DNA of 64,000 nt from Patescibacteria group bacterium (GCA_041658785.1 JBAZZL010000003.1:639-64638), one strand, 5' to 3'; positions 27,762 to 38,289 are shown, counted from the stretch's first letter. A program made the numbers and translations. Notes: generated from the sequence alone by a model not told the origin.

Positions 27762-28134
27762 ACAACAGCCTCGCTCTTTTAAACACCGTCATAATCGCTT
27801 TTTCTATCTCCGCATATTCACAATCTAAAATATCCGCTTTCGCCAACACCGCGATCATGTATCCGCTTTTTATTTTTTTTTCTTTCAGCAACAATCTCAC
27901 CACCTCGCGCATCCGCCGCTTTATCAGGTTCCTTTTTACCGCGCTTTTGCTGACTTTGATCCCAACCACAAATCCAATTTTTAGATCATCTTTTGGATAC
28001 TTTCGGCGAGGGTATTTTTTTGGATCTATTTTCCAAATTTTTATATTCAAAAAATCGCCGGCAATAAATCCGCCCTCCTTGAAAAGAATTTCAAAATCTT
28101 TCATTTTGCGGAGCCGGTATTGTTTCGGGAGCAT
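27751..28134 (-). CDS. rnpA: RNase P protein component
   Basis: Basic 127 aa ORF with the RNR-like KRNLIKRRMRE motif, directly upstream of yidD. Confidence 0.8.
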   Translation of the reverse strand: MLPKQYRLRKMKDFEILFKEGGFIAGDFLNIKIWKIDPKKYPRRKYPKDDLKIGFVVGIKVSKSAVKRNLIKRRMREVVRLLLKEKKIKSGYMIAVLAKADILDCEYAEIEKAIMTVFKRARLLYEN

Positions 28135-28139
28135 ATTAG

Positions 28140-29645
28140 TTATTTTATAAGCAGTGAAGCGCTGGTCATTTCTTTTGGTTTTTGCAAGTCCATCAAATCA
28201 AGAATTGTCGGCGCTGTTTGATTAAGAAAGCCTGCTTTTGGCAGTTTAACACTTTGTTCGGTGATAACCAGCGGCACCCCATTGAATGTATGCGCGGTAT
28301 GAGGCTGGCCAGCATGATGCATGTATTCAATATTGCCGTGGTCTGCGGTAATAAAAACAGTATAGCCAAGCTCTGCTGCCATGGGGACAATTTGCGAGAG
28401 CGCGCGATCTACCGCCAGCACCGCTTTTATGCCCGCGGCCATCTCCCCGCTGTGTCCCACGATATCTCCATTGGCAATATTGCAAACCAAAAAATCAAAA
28501 GATTTAGTTTCTAGCGCGCGAATTAGGGATTTAGTAATTTCCGGCAAGCTCATTTCAGGCTGAGGCGCGTAGTTTTCCAATCCCAAAGAAGGAATGATGA
28601 TCCTGCTTTCATTGGCAAAAGTGAGTTCCCTGCCGCCATTAAAAAAATATGTAATATGAGCGTATTTTTCTGTTTCAGCGATGCGAAATTGCCTTAGCCC
28701 TTGCGAGTCCAACCGCTCCGGCAACGTGTTGTTTGGAATTTGTTTGGAAAATAATACTTGAACATCGGAGAAATCATCATGGTACTTAGCCATGCTCGCC
28801 AAAAAAAGATTTTGCGGCACCTCAATTGTCTGCTGAATTGCATGCGGCGCGCGCTTGGTAAATAGCCGCGCCATCTGGCGCATTCGATCAGCGCGAAAGT
28901 TGAAAAAGATTATCGCGTCGTTATTATTTACAGTGTGGTCAGAAAAATTCGCCGGTTGCATGAATTCGTCGGTTATTTTTTCCGCGTATCTTTTTTCGAT
29001 GTATTTTATCGGACTGTCTGATTGAATTTCATCATTTTTTAAAATAGCATTATATGCTGTTATTGTCCTTTCCCAATTTTCTGTTCTATCCATTCCAAGC
29101 GATCTGCCAATCAGGGTGCTGATAGCAACATTGTCCGGAAGTTTTTTTTGCAATGGCCGCAACAAGCCCAATGCGCTCATTGGAGGCATGTCGCGCCCAT
29201 CCAGATAGAGGTGCAACGCGGTTGAGCTCATTTTTTCTTTTTGCGTCCATTCAATCAGCGCGTTCAGGTGATTGATATGTGAATGTATACCCGCGTCGCT
29301 CAACATGCCAACAAGATGCAGGGCGCTGGCATATGTTTCAGTGTGCTGTTTTATTTTTTGGAGGATTTCATTATCAAAAAAAGTTCCATTTTCAATAGCT
29401 TTATCAATGGCAGCGGTCTGTTGCCACACCACTCGCCCGGCGCCAATGGCGGTGTGTCCGACTTCTGATCCGGAGAGGCAGCCGTTCGGCAAACCGACAG
29501 ATTCTTCTTTGCAGTGGAGATTTGAGTTTGGATAAATCTTCAGAAGATTGTTCCAGTATGGCGGATCAGCCTCGGCAATCGGGTTGTGTTCTTTTTTTGG
29601 ATTGATTCCCCAGCCATCAAGTATTAAAAGAAGAATTTTTTTCAT
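28140..29645 (-). CDS. gpmI: 2,3-bisphosphoglycerate-independent phosphoglycerate mutase
   Basis: LLILDGWG, SEVGHTAIGAGR and the C-terminal metal-binding DHGN motif. Confidence 0.9.
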   Translation of the reverse strand: MKKILLLILDGWGINPKKEHNPIAEADPPYWNNLLKIYPNSNLHCKEESVGLPNGCLSGSEVGHTAIGAGRVVWQQTAAIDKAIENGTFFDNEILQKIKQHTETYASALHLVGMLSDAGIHSHINHLNALIEWTQKEKMSSTALHLYLDGRDMPPMSALGLLRPLQKKLPDNVAISTLIGRSLGMDRTENWERTITAYNAILKNDEIQSDSPIKYIEKRYAEKITDEFMQPANFSDHTVNNNDAIIFFNFRADRMRQMARLFTKRAPHAIQQTIEVPQNLFLASMAKYHDDFSDVQVLFSKQIPNNTLPERLDSQGLRQFRIAETEKYAHITYFFNGGRELTFANESRIIIPSLGLENYAPQPEMSLPEITKSLIRALETKSFDFLVCNIANGDIVGHSGEMAAGIKAVLAVDRALSQIVPMAAELGYTVFITADHGNIEYMHHAGQPHTAHTFNGVPLVITEQSVKLPKAGFLNQTAPTILDLMDLQKPKEMTSASLLIK

Positions 29646-29671
29646 AGACTAAAAGCATCGGAAAGGATTCT

Positions 29672-30028
29672 TTAAGCGGCCTCTGACAGAGCTTGTTTTT
29701 TTGTGGAAGTATCATCTCTAGTTTGTCCTGGTAATTTGATTTCTGTGAGAGGTATTTCTTTAAAACCCATTGGGTTGCCATGCAGGCCGCTGGGATTGGT
29801 ACGGGGAGCAAAAGAGTCTGCTTTGATTATTTTTTGATTTAATTTATCAGGATCTTTTGGGACAAGAATGTCTCCAAAAGGAACATTTTTTGATTCCATA
29901 TAAAATAATATTAATCCGTCTCCGTCTCTGTCCGCCGAGTTGGCGGACTGCGCCGGATAGGTTTTTGGTTTAATCCCAATTTTAATATCTATACCATTCG
30001 TGTTTATACGGCCCATTGACGCTAACAT
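29672..30028 (-). CDS. hypothetical small protein
   Basis: ORF only; overlaps the end of ahcY; contains DRDGDG. Confidence 0.25.
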   Translation of the reverse strand: MLASMGRINTNGIDIKIGIKPKTYPAQSANSADRDGDGLILFYMESKNVPFGDILVPKDPDKLNQKIIKADSFAPRTNPSGLHGNPMGFKEIPLTEIKLPGQTRDDTSTKKQALSEAA

Positions 30029-31391
30029 TAATATACCCCGCCTGTTCTTTCGTTAATCTCGTCAGTTTAACCCCAATCTTATCCAAATGCAAACGCGCCA
30101 CTTCTTCGTCCAGTTCTTTGGGGAGAGTGGTAACGCCGATCGGATGTTTTTTGGTCCAAAGTTCAATCTGGGCGAGCGTCTGATTGCTGAAACTATTACT
30201 CATCACAAAGCTAGGGTGGCCGGTGGCGCAGCCCAGATTGACGAGCCGGCCCTCGGCCAAGAGATAGATTTCATTGCCATTGGGAAAAATATATTTGTCC
30301 ACCTGCGGTTTGATATTGATTTTTTTAACGCCGTTTAGTTTATTTAGCGGTTCAACTTGAATTTCATTGTCAAAATGTCCGATATTGCAGACAATCGCCT
30401 GATCTTTCATTTTTTCCAGATGTTCAACGCGGATGACGTCTCTGTTTCCGGTGGCGGTGATGTAAATGTCCGCCCGCCCCAGAGTATTTTCAACAGTAGT
30501 AACTTCATAGCCCTCCATCGCCGCCTGCAAAGCGCAGATGGGGTCAATCTCGGTTACAATCACTCGCGCTCCCTGCCCGCGCAGGGCTTGGGCGCAGCCC
30601 TTGCCCACTTCGCCATAGCCGCAGACGACCGCCACTTTGCCGCCGATCATCGCGTCCATGGCGCGGTTCAGCCCGTCCAGTACCGAATGGCGGCAGCCGT
30701 AGATGTTGTCAAATTTTGATTTGGTGACAGAATCGTTGACGTTGATGGCGGGGAATAATAGCTTTCCTTCTTTTGCCAACTGATATAGCCGATGCACGCC
30801 CGTGGTCGTTTCTTCGGATACGCCCTTCACATTTTTTGCCACACCTGTCCAGAGGTTTTGTTTTTTCGCGTAAAGATTTTTTAACGCTTTCATCAACTCT
30901 CTAAAATCTTCTCCTTCGCCCGAATAATCTTTTTTCAAAAGCGCGGGGTTGTTTTCTATTTCCACGCCTTGGTGGATCATGAGCGTCGCGTCGCCGCCAT
31001 CATCAACAATTAAATTCGGCCCTTGCCAATTTCCAAAATCAAGCGCTCTCATCGTGCACCACCAATAATCCGCGAGCGTTTCGCCTTTCCAGGCAAATAC
31101 CGGAATGCCCGTTTTCGCTATCGCCGCCGTGGCATGGTCTTGCGTGGAAAAGATGTTACAACTGGCCCAGCGCACTTTGGCGCCGAGGGCGGCGAGCGTT
31201 TCAATCAAGACCGCGGTCTGAATCGTCATGTGGAGCGAGCCGGTGATTTTCGCGCCTTTCAACGGTTTTGTTTTCGCGTATTTTTTCCTGATCGCCATGA
31301 GGCCGGGCATTTCTTTTTCCGCGATTTCAATTTCTTTGCGGCCGAGGAGGGCGAGGGAGAGGTCGGCGACTTTGTAATCTGTTTTTGGCAT
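29982..31391 (-). CDS. ahcY: adenosylhomocysteinase
   Basis: SAHH signatures; NAD-binding [10 protein letters not shown]. Confidence 0.9.
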   Translation of the reverse strand: MPKTDYKVADLSLALLGRKEIEIAEKEMPGLMAIRKKYAKTKPLKGAKITGSLHMTIQTAVLIETLAALGAKVRWASCNIFSTQDHATAAIAKTGIPVFAWKGETLADYWWCTMRALDFGNWQGPNLIVDDGGDATLMIHQGVEIENNPALLKKDYSGEGEDFRELMKALKNLYAKKQNLWTGVAKNVKGVSEETTTGVHRLYQLAKEGKLLFPAINVNDSVTKSKFDNIYGCRHSVLDGLNRAMDAMIGGKVAVVCGYGEVGKGCAQALRGQGARVIVTEIDPICALQAAMEGYEVTTVENTLGRADIYITATGNRDVIRVEHLEKMKDQAIVCNIGHFDNEIQVEPLNKLNGVKKINIKPQVDKYIFPNGNEIYLLAEGRLVNLGCATGHPSFVMSNSFSNQTLAQIELWTKKHPIGVTTLPKELDEEVARLHLDKIGVKLTRLTKEQAGYINVSVNGPYKHEWYRY

Positions 31392-31410
31392 AGTGCTTAT
31401 GAAAATTAAC

Positions 31411-31683
31411 CTAATTTCTAATACTTTGAATTACGAAACGTAGATTTTCATCATTCCCATTTAAAGGACTCTTCGCAGTGTGAATCGGTCTTCGCGGTAA
31501 TCCGCACCTCATCCCCCTGCCCCTTCTCCTTGAAGGAGAAGGGGGGTTGCCAATTGTCCATCTGGCTTCCCCTCTCCTTTTAGGAGAGTGGCTAGGGGTG
31601 AGGTGCGGGTTACCGCGAAGAGTTTTCGGAACGGTGAGTGACAGTTGTGTGCCGTTTCGTAATTCAAAGTAATTAGAAATTAG
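31411..31683. mobile_element. MITE-like structured repeat element, full copy with ~30-bp terminal inverted repeats
   Basis: TIR CTAATTTCTAATACTTTGAATTACGAAACG at 31411-31440 pairs with CGTTTCGTAATTCAAAGTAATTAGAAATTAG at 31653-31683. A ~150-nt core carries the long stem CTTCGCGGTAAYCCGCACCTCATCCCCC...GGGGTGAGGTGCGGGTTACCGCGAAG and two internal hairpins. A near-identical core lies at 43958. Confidence 0.55.
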
Positions 31684-32030
31684 GTCAATTAGGTTAATTT
31701 AAAACTTCTACATGCAAGAATTATCCTCTGTATACTAAATACCCCACATAAACCGCGTACATCATCACAAACATCACCCCCTGCCAGCGGTCTAATTTGT
31801 GTTAAGAAAATAAAACAGACCTTATTATAGTCCGGTTAGAGGAGAAAGACAAGTTTTTGAGGCAGATTAATTTATGTAATCTAGAATTTACGCGTTTGAA
31901 ATCTGATTCACTTTTTAGGTAAAAGGAGTAACAGACGACCCAAAGGGAGTCTGTCCAACGACCGAATTGAACGCACTCCCCACGGGTCGTGCGTTACTCC
32001 AATTTATAATGAAACGCGTAAGTTCTGTAA

Positions 32031-32972
32031 TTATAAATTTATCGTCTCTCCGTACGTCTCCCGATATCTCCCCTCAAACTCTTTCAGAGTAAATCGGTGA
32101 TTCTGCGTACCGTAATTTTCCACCGCGTAAGTGGCCGCGACCGAACCAACCTGGCCGCAGGTTTTGAGATCATGCCCGTTCACATAGGCGGTAAAGAATC
32201 CAGCGCGATAAGCATCGCCGGCGCCAGTCGGGTCGTCAGTGGAGCGTGGCTGGCAAGGCATAATTTCAAGAATTTTATTTTTGGTGGTAATGATTGATCC
32301 TTTGCTTCCCAGTGTAGTAATCAGCACCCCAACATGGTTTAGCATTTCATGTCCATCCCAACCGGTTTTTTCTTCAATCAATTTCATTTCATAATCATTG
32401 CCAATCAAAAATTTCGCCTGGCCAATCGCGGCCATCAGCTCTTGCGGAGACAGAGCCGGTATTTGCTGGCCCGGGTCAAAGACAAATGGAATTTTGAGAT
32501 CATAACATTCTTTGGCATGCTTTACCATCGCGTCTTTTTGCGTCGGAGAGATCAAGGCGAAATCAATTTTTTCTTTAACATCGCTGATATTTAATTTGGC
32601 TGCCTCGGAATGCGCGCCATTGTAAAACGCGGTTATTTGATTATCATCTTTGTCCGTGGTAATATGGGCCGAGCCGGTTAGTTTTTCTTTGGCAATGATA
32701 ATGTAGTTGGTATTGATGCCTTTTTTATTTAGATAATCAAGATAGTCTTTTCCGTCAGTTCCCATCGGAGAGAAGACGATTGGCTCTCCGCCGAGCAATT
32801 TGACAGTATGGGCGATGTTGGCCGCGGTGCCGCCGTAATTTTTGTGCAGTTTGTCCACGGTAAAACAGACATTCAGAATATGAATCTGGTCCGGCAGGAT
32901 ATGATTTTTGAAACTATCCGGAAAGTCCATAATGAAGTCGTAGGCGATGGTGCCGGAGATGAGGATGGTCAT
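32031..32972 (-). CDS. PfkB family carbohydrate/nucleoside kinase (ribokinase or adenosine kinase-like)
   Basis: DPTGAGDA signature, N-terminal GG motif. Confidence 0.8.
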   Translation of the reverse strand: MTILISGTIAYDFIMDFPDSFKNHILPDQIHILNVCFTVDKLHKNYGGTAANIAHTVKLLGGEPIVFSPMGTDGKDYLDYLNKKGINTNYIIIAKEKLTGSAHITTDKDDNQITAFYNGAHSEAAKLNISDVKEKIDFALISPTQKDAMVKHAKECYDLKIPFVFDPGQQIPALSPQELMAAIGQAKFLIGNDYEMKLIEEKTGWDGHEMLNHVGVLITTLGSKGSIITTKNKILEIMPCQPRSTDDPTGAGDAYRAGFFTAYVNGHDLKTCGQVGSVAATYAVENYGTQNHRFTLKEFEGRYRETYGETINL

Positions 32973-33142
32973 AGCTATTGTTTTTTTTGTAATAACTCGG
33001 TATATTATACATTATTTGGCGGATATTTCAAGTGTTTTTTTCCATAAAAATCTATATCAAAATAATTTTGCGCGGCGTTGGCCATGTGATGTTGCAAAAT
33101 AACGCGCTAACAGGATTGTTATTTTTAGAAAGAATATAGAAT

Positions 33143-33787
33143 ATGATACTTTCATTTATTGAAATAATATTTCATCTTGATAAGTACTTGCTGGCGATCG
33201 TAAATGAATATTCGGCGCTGGCGTATCTGATATTGTTTTTAATAATATTTTTTGAGACCGGCATTGTGGTCACCCCGTTTCTTCCCGGGGACAGTCTTTT
33301 GTTTGCCGCCGGCGCGCTCTCCGCGGCCGGTTCGTTTAAACTTTGGGCGCTTTTTTTGGTTATTTTTATCGCCGCCGTCGCCGGCGACGCTCTAAACTAT
33401 CATGTCGGTAAATTTATCGGGCCGAAAATATTTAGCAAGGAGTCGTCTTGGTTATTCCAAAAAAAACATCTGGCGCGAGCGCAAAGATTTTATGAAAAAT
33501 ACGGCAAAAAAACAATCATTCTCGCGCGTTTTATTCCGATAATCAGGACATTCGCCCCTTTTGTCGCCGGCATCGGCCGAATGCCTTACGGGATTTTTTT
33601 GACATATAACATCATCGGCGCCGCGCTTTGGAGCAGTCTGTTTATTTTTGGCGGATTCTTTTTTGGCAATACCCTTTGGGTGAAGGAGCATTTTGGGATA
33701 TTGATTCTGGCGATTATTTTTGTCTCACTGATACCGCTCGCCAAAGAAATAATTGTTTTTTTACGCAAAAAAAATAACACGGCGTAA
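33143..33787 (+). CDS. DedA family membrane protein
   Basis: VTPFLPGDSLLFAAGAL motif and TM helices. Confidence 0.8.
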   Translation: MILSFIEIIFHLDKYLLAIVNEYSALAYLILFLIIFFETGIVVTPFLPGDSLLFAAGALSAAGSFKLWALFLVIFIAAVAGDALNYHVGKFIGPKIFSKESSWLFQKKHLARAQRFYEKYGKKTIILARFIPIIRTFAPFVAGIGRMPYGIFLTYNIIGAALWSSLFIFGGFFFGNTLWVKEHFGILILAIIFVSLIPLAKEIIVFLRKKNNTA

Positions 33788-33923
33788 CTTCATCCGTTTT
33801 CAGTTTTTAACGATAGCCCAGAGAGGCGATCGTTTTTTTGTTATTCTTGCGATGTTTCTTTTTGGCTTGTTTTTTCTTTTTGTACATATTAGTTTGAAAG
33901 TAAAAAGTTAAAAGTTTATAAAG

Positions 33924-34730
33924 TTATTGTTTATCCAAGTATTGGTTGTAGAGATTTCTTAATTGTTGCAATTCATTTGAAATTTTTGCGAATGATTGTT
34001 TGTTGATGGTTTTGATTGGAACAATTTTACCGGAAGTATTGGTTAAAAAAGCTCCATCGCAGTCAAATATTTTGGTAAGAGGAATATCCTGCTCTTTTAT
34101 TTTATAACCATTTTGGGTGGCGCAGTCAATGACGGTTTTTCGTGTAATACCCGAGAGCACCTCTTTTTCAGGTGGAGTATATAGTATTTTGCCTTTAATA
34201 GCAAAAAAGTTTGAACGCGTTCCCTCGGTGATGTTTCCGGCGCGGTCAAGCAAAAGCGCGTCGTAAGCGCCGGCTGCTTTGGCTTTTTGATAAGCGACGT
34301 AACTCGGCAGCATGTTTAGTGTCTTGGCTTGCGGAGCAAAACGTTCGTAAGCAAATGTGATTACTTTCACTCCGTCGCGATAGTCCTTTTTTTCTACAAA
34401 TAATGGATTAAGCATGAAAATGAACAGCTTTGGTTCTTTTCCGCCCAAAAGAATCACTTTGATATTGGCGGTTTCAATTTTATTCATTTTAACCAACTCT
34501 TGAATCCAGCCCCCAACCTGTTTTTGTTTGTAATTGTGTTGGAGATCAATTTGTTTGGCCGAGTAAAACAGCCGTTCCACATGATCGCTGACGAAAAACA
34601 ATTTTTCGTTTCTGATTTTCAAATTTTCATACACGCCAAAGCCGTACATGAGTTCAATCGTGTCAATTGGGAGGACGGCGTCTTTGGTTTTAATTAATTT
34701 GCCGTTTAATGAGGCGCAGGGGCCGAGCAT
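33924..34730 (-). CDS. class IV aminotransferase (branched-chain / D-amino-acid aminotransferase family)
   Basis: EGTRSNFF motif, fold-type IV PLP enzyme. Confidence 0.75.
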   Translation of the reverse strand: MLGPCASLNGKLIKTKDAVLPIDTIELMYGFGVYENLKIRNEKLFFVSDHVERLFYSAKQIDLQHNYKQKQVGGWIQELVKMNKIETANIKVILLGGKEPKLFIFMLNPLFVEKKDYRDGVKVITFAYERFAPQAKTLNMLPSYVAYQKAKAAGAYDALLLDRAGNITEGTRSNFFAIKGKILYTPPEKEVLSGITRKTVIDCATQNGYKIKEQDIPLTKIFDCDGAFLTNTSGKIVPIKTINKQSFAKISNELQQLRNLYNQYLDKQ

Positions 34731-34775
34731 AATACTTACGGATTACTGATAATTCTGATTTACGGATTTTTGTGA

Positions 34776-35516
34776 TTATAATGTTATAGTTAAATCATCA
34801 AAAGCCGCCCGGCTGTTCGGAAAAATTTGTTTAGCGATTCTTTCCGCCTTTTTTCTTGACGCGATTGAATCGTATCTGTCCGCTCCAAAGTGGGTCAGGA
34901 ATAGCCGTTTGGCTCCGGCTTTTTTGGCGATCGCCGCCGCTTCCTTCGGATTGGCGTGGCCCCAGACATCGCTTTCGCCCGGCAAAAAAGCGCATTCGTG
35001 AACGAGAATATCCGCGTTTTTGCCAAGAGCGATTGCATTGTCGCATGGGCCGGTGTCGGAACAATAAGAAATAATTTTATTTTCCAGATAAAGTCTGTAT
35101 CCCAAAGTTAAGTCCGCGTGTTTTAGCAATCGGCAATCAAACTTAAGCGGTTTTTTATAACTGCCTTGTTTCAGCCCGATAATCTTTGCTTTATATTTAA
35201 GATTTTTTAAAGCGCCGGTGAAAGGATGATTGATGATAAATTTGAATTTTTGCATTGATTCTTGGGCGAGTAAAATTGTGAGGGGTTGCTTGAAATCAAA
35301 CAGCGGCAGAAGATGCATGCCGTAGATGTGATCCAGGTGCAGATGACTGATAAAAAGGTAAACTGGCTTATCTTTTTTATAATATTTTTTTAATTTATGG
35401 ATGCCAAGACCCGCATCCAGGATGATGTATTTGTCTTTGGTTTCTATCAGAGTGCAAATGGTGTTGCCGATCTTGGTGTCAAACCAGCCGTTGGTGCCGA
35501 GGAAGGTGATTTGCAT
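34776..35516 (-). CDS. MBL-fold metallo-hydrolase
   Basis: HLHLDHIYG metal-binding motif. Confidence 0.75.
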   Translation of the reverse strand: MQITFLGTNGWFDTKIGNTICTLIETKDKYIILDAGLGIHKLKKYYKKDKPVYLFISHLHLDHIYGMHLLPLFDFKQPLTILLAQESMQKFKFIINHPFTGALKNLKYKAKIIGLKQGSYKKPLKFDCRLLKHADLTLGYRLYLENKIISYCSDTGPCDNAIALGKNADILVHECAFLPGESDVWGHANPKEAAAIAKKAGAKRLFLTHFGADRYDSIASRKKAERIAKQIFPNSRAAFDDLTITL

Positions 35517-35520
35517 AGAA

Positions 35521-35612
35521 GTTGTAAGTTGTAAGTTGTAAGTTGTAAGTTGTAAGTTGTAAGTTGTAAGTTGTAAGTTGTAAGTTGTAAGTTGTAAGTT
35601 GTAAAGTTGCGA
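35521..35612. repeat. (TTGTAAG)n tandem heptamer array, ~12 units
   Basis: Read directly. It is the inverted counterpart of 35974-36018. Confidence 0.9.
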
Positions 35613-35613
35613 G

Positions 35614-35973
35614 TTACTTTTGAACCTTCATCCAACCGTATAGCAGGCGGCCGCATTCTTCCAGATTTTTAAATAGGCCATCATATTCTTTGAGAGACAT
35701 GTAATCTAGGTCTTTTGCCAATAGCAAATGATATTTTAATTCTTCCAGCGACGCAAGGGCGATGTTATAAAATCGCAATGAATCACCTACACACTTTCTT
35801 TTGAAACCTTCCGCAATATTTGCTGGAAATGAAATGGCTGCGCGGCACGATTGGTCAACCAATCTAAACCTTTCATCAGAAGGATATTTTTTTGTAACCA
35901 GGTATACTTTTAGGACCATCGCGTGTCCTTTTTGCCAAGCCAATATTTCTTTAAATGTTCTTATCCCTGCCAT
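35614..35973 (-). CDS. four-helix-bundle protein (23S rRNA intervening-sequence protein family)
   Basis: 119 aa. ...ISFPANIAEGFKR... is typical of PF05635. Confidence 0.7.
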   Translation of the reverse strand: MAGIRTFKEILAWQKGHAMVLKVYLVTKKYPSDERFRLVDQSCRAAISFPANIAEGFKRKCVGDSLRFYNIALASLEELKYHLLLAKDLDYMSLKEYDGLFKNLEECGRLLYGWMKVQK

Positions 35974-36018
35974 AAGCTTACAACTTTACAACTTACAACT
36001 TTACAACTTACAACCCAC
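35974..36018. repeat. (CTTACAA / CTTTACAA)n array, reverse complement of the 35521 array
   Basis: Read directly; together the two arrays are long inverted arms around the 4HB gene. Confidence 0.85.
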
Positions 36019-36019
36019 A

Positions 36020-36970
36020 TCAATCAAAATACCCAAACCCCCACCAATCATACGGATCAACATAGCGGAAATTGATATTTAGGGCATTGATTTTTTTTAT
36101 ATCGTCAACTAGTAAAGAGAAATCAAATATAGCGATGTTTTCTTTTATCCGTTCTGGGTTTACACTTTTGGGAATGACGATGATATTTCTTTCAATCAGC
36201 CAGCGCAAGAGAATCTGGGCCGGGGTTTTGTTATGTTTTCGGGACAGTTCTAATATGATCGGATTATCAATAAGCGGGGACGGGCAATTTGCCGGCAGAT
36301 CATGAGTGCCGGGTTGATATCCCGGCCGGCCCAGCGGAGAATACGCCGTGACGGCGATGCCATGTTTTTGACAGAATTCCACCAGTCTAGGTTGGGAATT
36401 GTAAGCGTGTATTTCCACCTGATTCATCGCCGGTTTGATTTTGGCGTAAGTTAAAAGATCAAACAGCATCATGGTTGTGAAATTGGAAACGCCGATTGAT
36501 TTTACCAGCCCCTTTTCCACTAATTTTTCCATCGCTTCCCAAGTTTCCCGGATCGGAATGGGATCCATCGGCGGCGCGGCGCTGTTCTTTTTATCATATA
36601 CCGCGCCGGCAGAGAGGGCATACCCCCAGTGCATCAAGTAAAGATCCAGATAGTCCAATTTTAAATCAGTCAAAGTTTTTTTGCCGGCCGCTTCCACTTT
36701 ATTTCGCGTATGCTCGCTGTTCCAGAGTTTGCTCGTGACAAAGATTTCTTCGCGTTTTATTTTGCCGCTAGCGAAAATTTTGGCAAAGGCCGCGCCGATT
36801 TCCGGTTCGTTTTCATAAATCGCGGCGCAGTCAATATGGCGATAGCCGGCTTGGGTGATGGCGTATTCCACCGCTTGCCCCACCTCGCTTGGAGCGGATT
36901 TCCAGGTGCCGAGGCCGAGCTGGGGCATTTGGGCACCGGTGTTAAGTTTGACGCTGGGTTGGTTGGACAT
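36020..36970 (-). CDS. aldo/keto reductase
   Basis: AKR catalytic tetrad context (GYRHIDCAAIY, LWNS, IPKS). Confidence 0.85.
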   Translation of the reverse strand: MSNQPSVKLNTGAQMPQLGLGTWKSAPSEVGQAVEYAITQAGYRHIDCAAIYENEPEIGAAFAKIFASGKIKREEIFVTSKLWNSEHTRNKVEAAGKKTLTDLKLDYLDLYLMHWGYALSAGAVYDKKNSAAPPMDPIPIRETWEAMEKLVEKGLVKSIGVSNFTTMMLFDLLTYAKIKPAMNQVEIHAYNSQPRLVEFCQKHGIAVTAYSPLGRPGYQPGTHDLPANCPSPLIDNPIILELSRKHNKTPAQILLRWLIERNIIVIPKSVNPERIKENIAIFDFSLLVDDIKKINALNINFRYVDPYDWWGFGYFD

Positions 36971-37376
36971 AATTTGATAATTTTTGATTAATTATCTGGG
37001 AAATTTGTTCAGCATTTTTGGTGATCAAAAGAATTTTTTTAGGCGCGTCAGCCTTGCGATGAAAGATTTGTATGTATTTTTGCCCCCATTGATTTTTGTA
37101 TTCCACTTTTTCAATCTCGTGATAGTTTAAGAGGATTTGTTTGAAATAGCTGATAATCATAAAATCATTATAAAGGGCGAGTCGGACAAAAGGACGGCTG
37201 AAGTTGGTGTAATTGAACTTGCCGCCGCAGTTTTCTTTGTGAATTGGTACCATGCCGCGCTCCAGATCAAGCAGCTGGTTGCGTTTTTTGAACAGCAAAA
37301 CAAAAACAATGATGATTATTGCCGGCGCTAGAAAAGAGGATAGAAAAGGAATATATTGAATGAACTGTTCTGGCAT
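36942..37376 (-). CDS. hypothetical membrane-anchored protein
   Basis: N-terminal TM helix; ORF only. Confidence 0.45.
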   Translation of the reverse strand: MPEQFIQYIPFLSSFLAPAIIIIVFVLLFKKRNQLLDLERGMVPIHKENCGGKFNYTNFSRPFVRLALYNDFMIISYFKQILLNYHEIEKVEYKNQWGQKYIQIFHRKADAPKKILLITKNAEQISQIINQKLSNYVQPTQRQT

Positions 37377-37403
37377 ATTTTATCTCTGGCGGTGTGCGTT
37401 CGA

Positions 37404-37520
37404 AAAAATTCGAACAGATTTCGCCCAAAATTTGTAGGGCGGGCGGAATTCCCCCCGAACCCCCTTTCCGCCCGCCCGCAGAAGCGACCCTTTCGGATTG
37501 GACGATTTCAAGTTTTTCGC
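37404..37520. repeat. GC-rich hairpins (GGGCGGGCGGAA...TTCCGCCCGCCC 11-bp stem; GCAGGC-GGTA-GCCTGC) in an AT-rich intergenic region
   Basis: Read directly. Confidence 0.45.
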
Positions 37521-37544
37521 AGGCGGTAGCCTGCTAACAAAATC

Positions 37545-38270
37545 TTACAGATTTTGTTTTGTGGCGGCAAATTCTTTATTCAATTCGTATTCTCTAATAA
37601 TTTTTCTTGATTCAGGATAGCAAACTGCATTGCAGGTAATCAAATTAATCTTTTCAGCCTTAAAATTCCCAATTTTCAAATTTCTCATTTTTTTAACCTC
37701 TTCAATAAATTGAGTGCTCGGATTCCGAGTAAAACGGCAAATAGTTATGTTTCCCCAAAATACAGAGCCTGAAAGATATTTTTTATTATCTGGCACACCG
37801 ATTTGTTGTAAACCTTTATTTAAAGCGGAAACCAATTTTTTAAGCGTATCGTTTGAATAAGCCATTAGAGATAAACTTGTTGGAAAAGTCAAAATATCTT
37901 CAACATTAAATTCAAAAGCTGGAAATTTTGGAATTATTTCACTAAATAGTTGATTTACCTTATTGATATCTGACTCAGAAAATAAAGGTGGTTTATTTAT
38001 AGTCCGAACATTTTTAATTGTTAGGTGCATCGATTCAGGCGGATAAAAATAATGTTGGGGTTCAATTTTTTTTAATTTGCCGATAATGCTTGAAATTATT
38101 TTGCTAGAAATTTCATTTGGGATAAAAACGACTGAAGTTAAGCAGATTTGGTCGTCATTCGCGTAATCTTTTTGCATATCAACAACTGTCGATTTATGAA
38201 CGCCATTAGCAAATGAATCTTCAAGCTGTTTCACTAGGCCTTTTTGTTGTAATAAATAATTATTGCTCAT
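37545..38270 (-). CDS. hypothetical protein
   Basis: 241 aa ORF with good codon periodicity and no confident family match. Confidence 0.5.
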   Translation of the reverse strand: MSNNYLLQQKGLVKQLEDSFANGVHKSTVVDMQKDYANDDQICLTSVVFIPNEISSKIISSIIGKLKKIEPQHYFYPPESMHLTIKNVRTINKPPLFSESDINKVNQLFSEIIPKFPAFEFNVEDILTFPTSLSLMAYSNDTLKKLVSALNKGLQQIGVPDNKKYLSGSVFWGNITICRFTRNPSTQFIEEVKKMRNLKIGNFKAEKINLITCNAVCYPESRKIIREYELNKEFAATKQNL

Positions 38271-38289
38271 AAATAATATTGTTTGCTAT

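Noticed and set aside
29617-29811. 64-aa ORF between gpmI and ahcY
   Set aside because: Short, with no RBS, and it overlaps the more plausible 29672..30028 frame. Treated as noise.
35521-35612. Possible CRISPR array, considered because of the regular short repeats
   Set aside because: The units are 7 bp with no spacers. No repeat-spacer architecture and no cas genes occur anywhere in the window.
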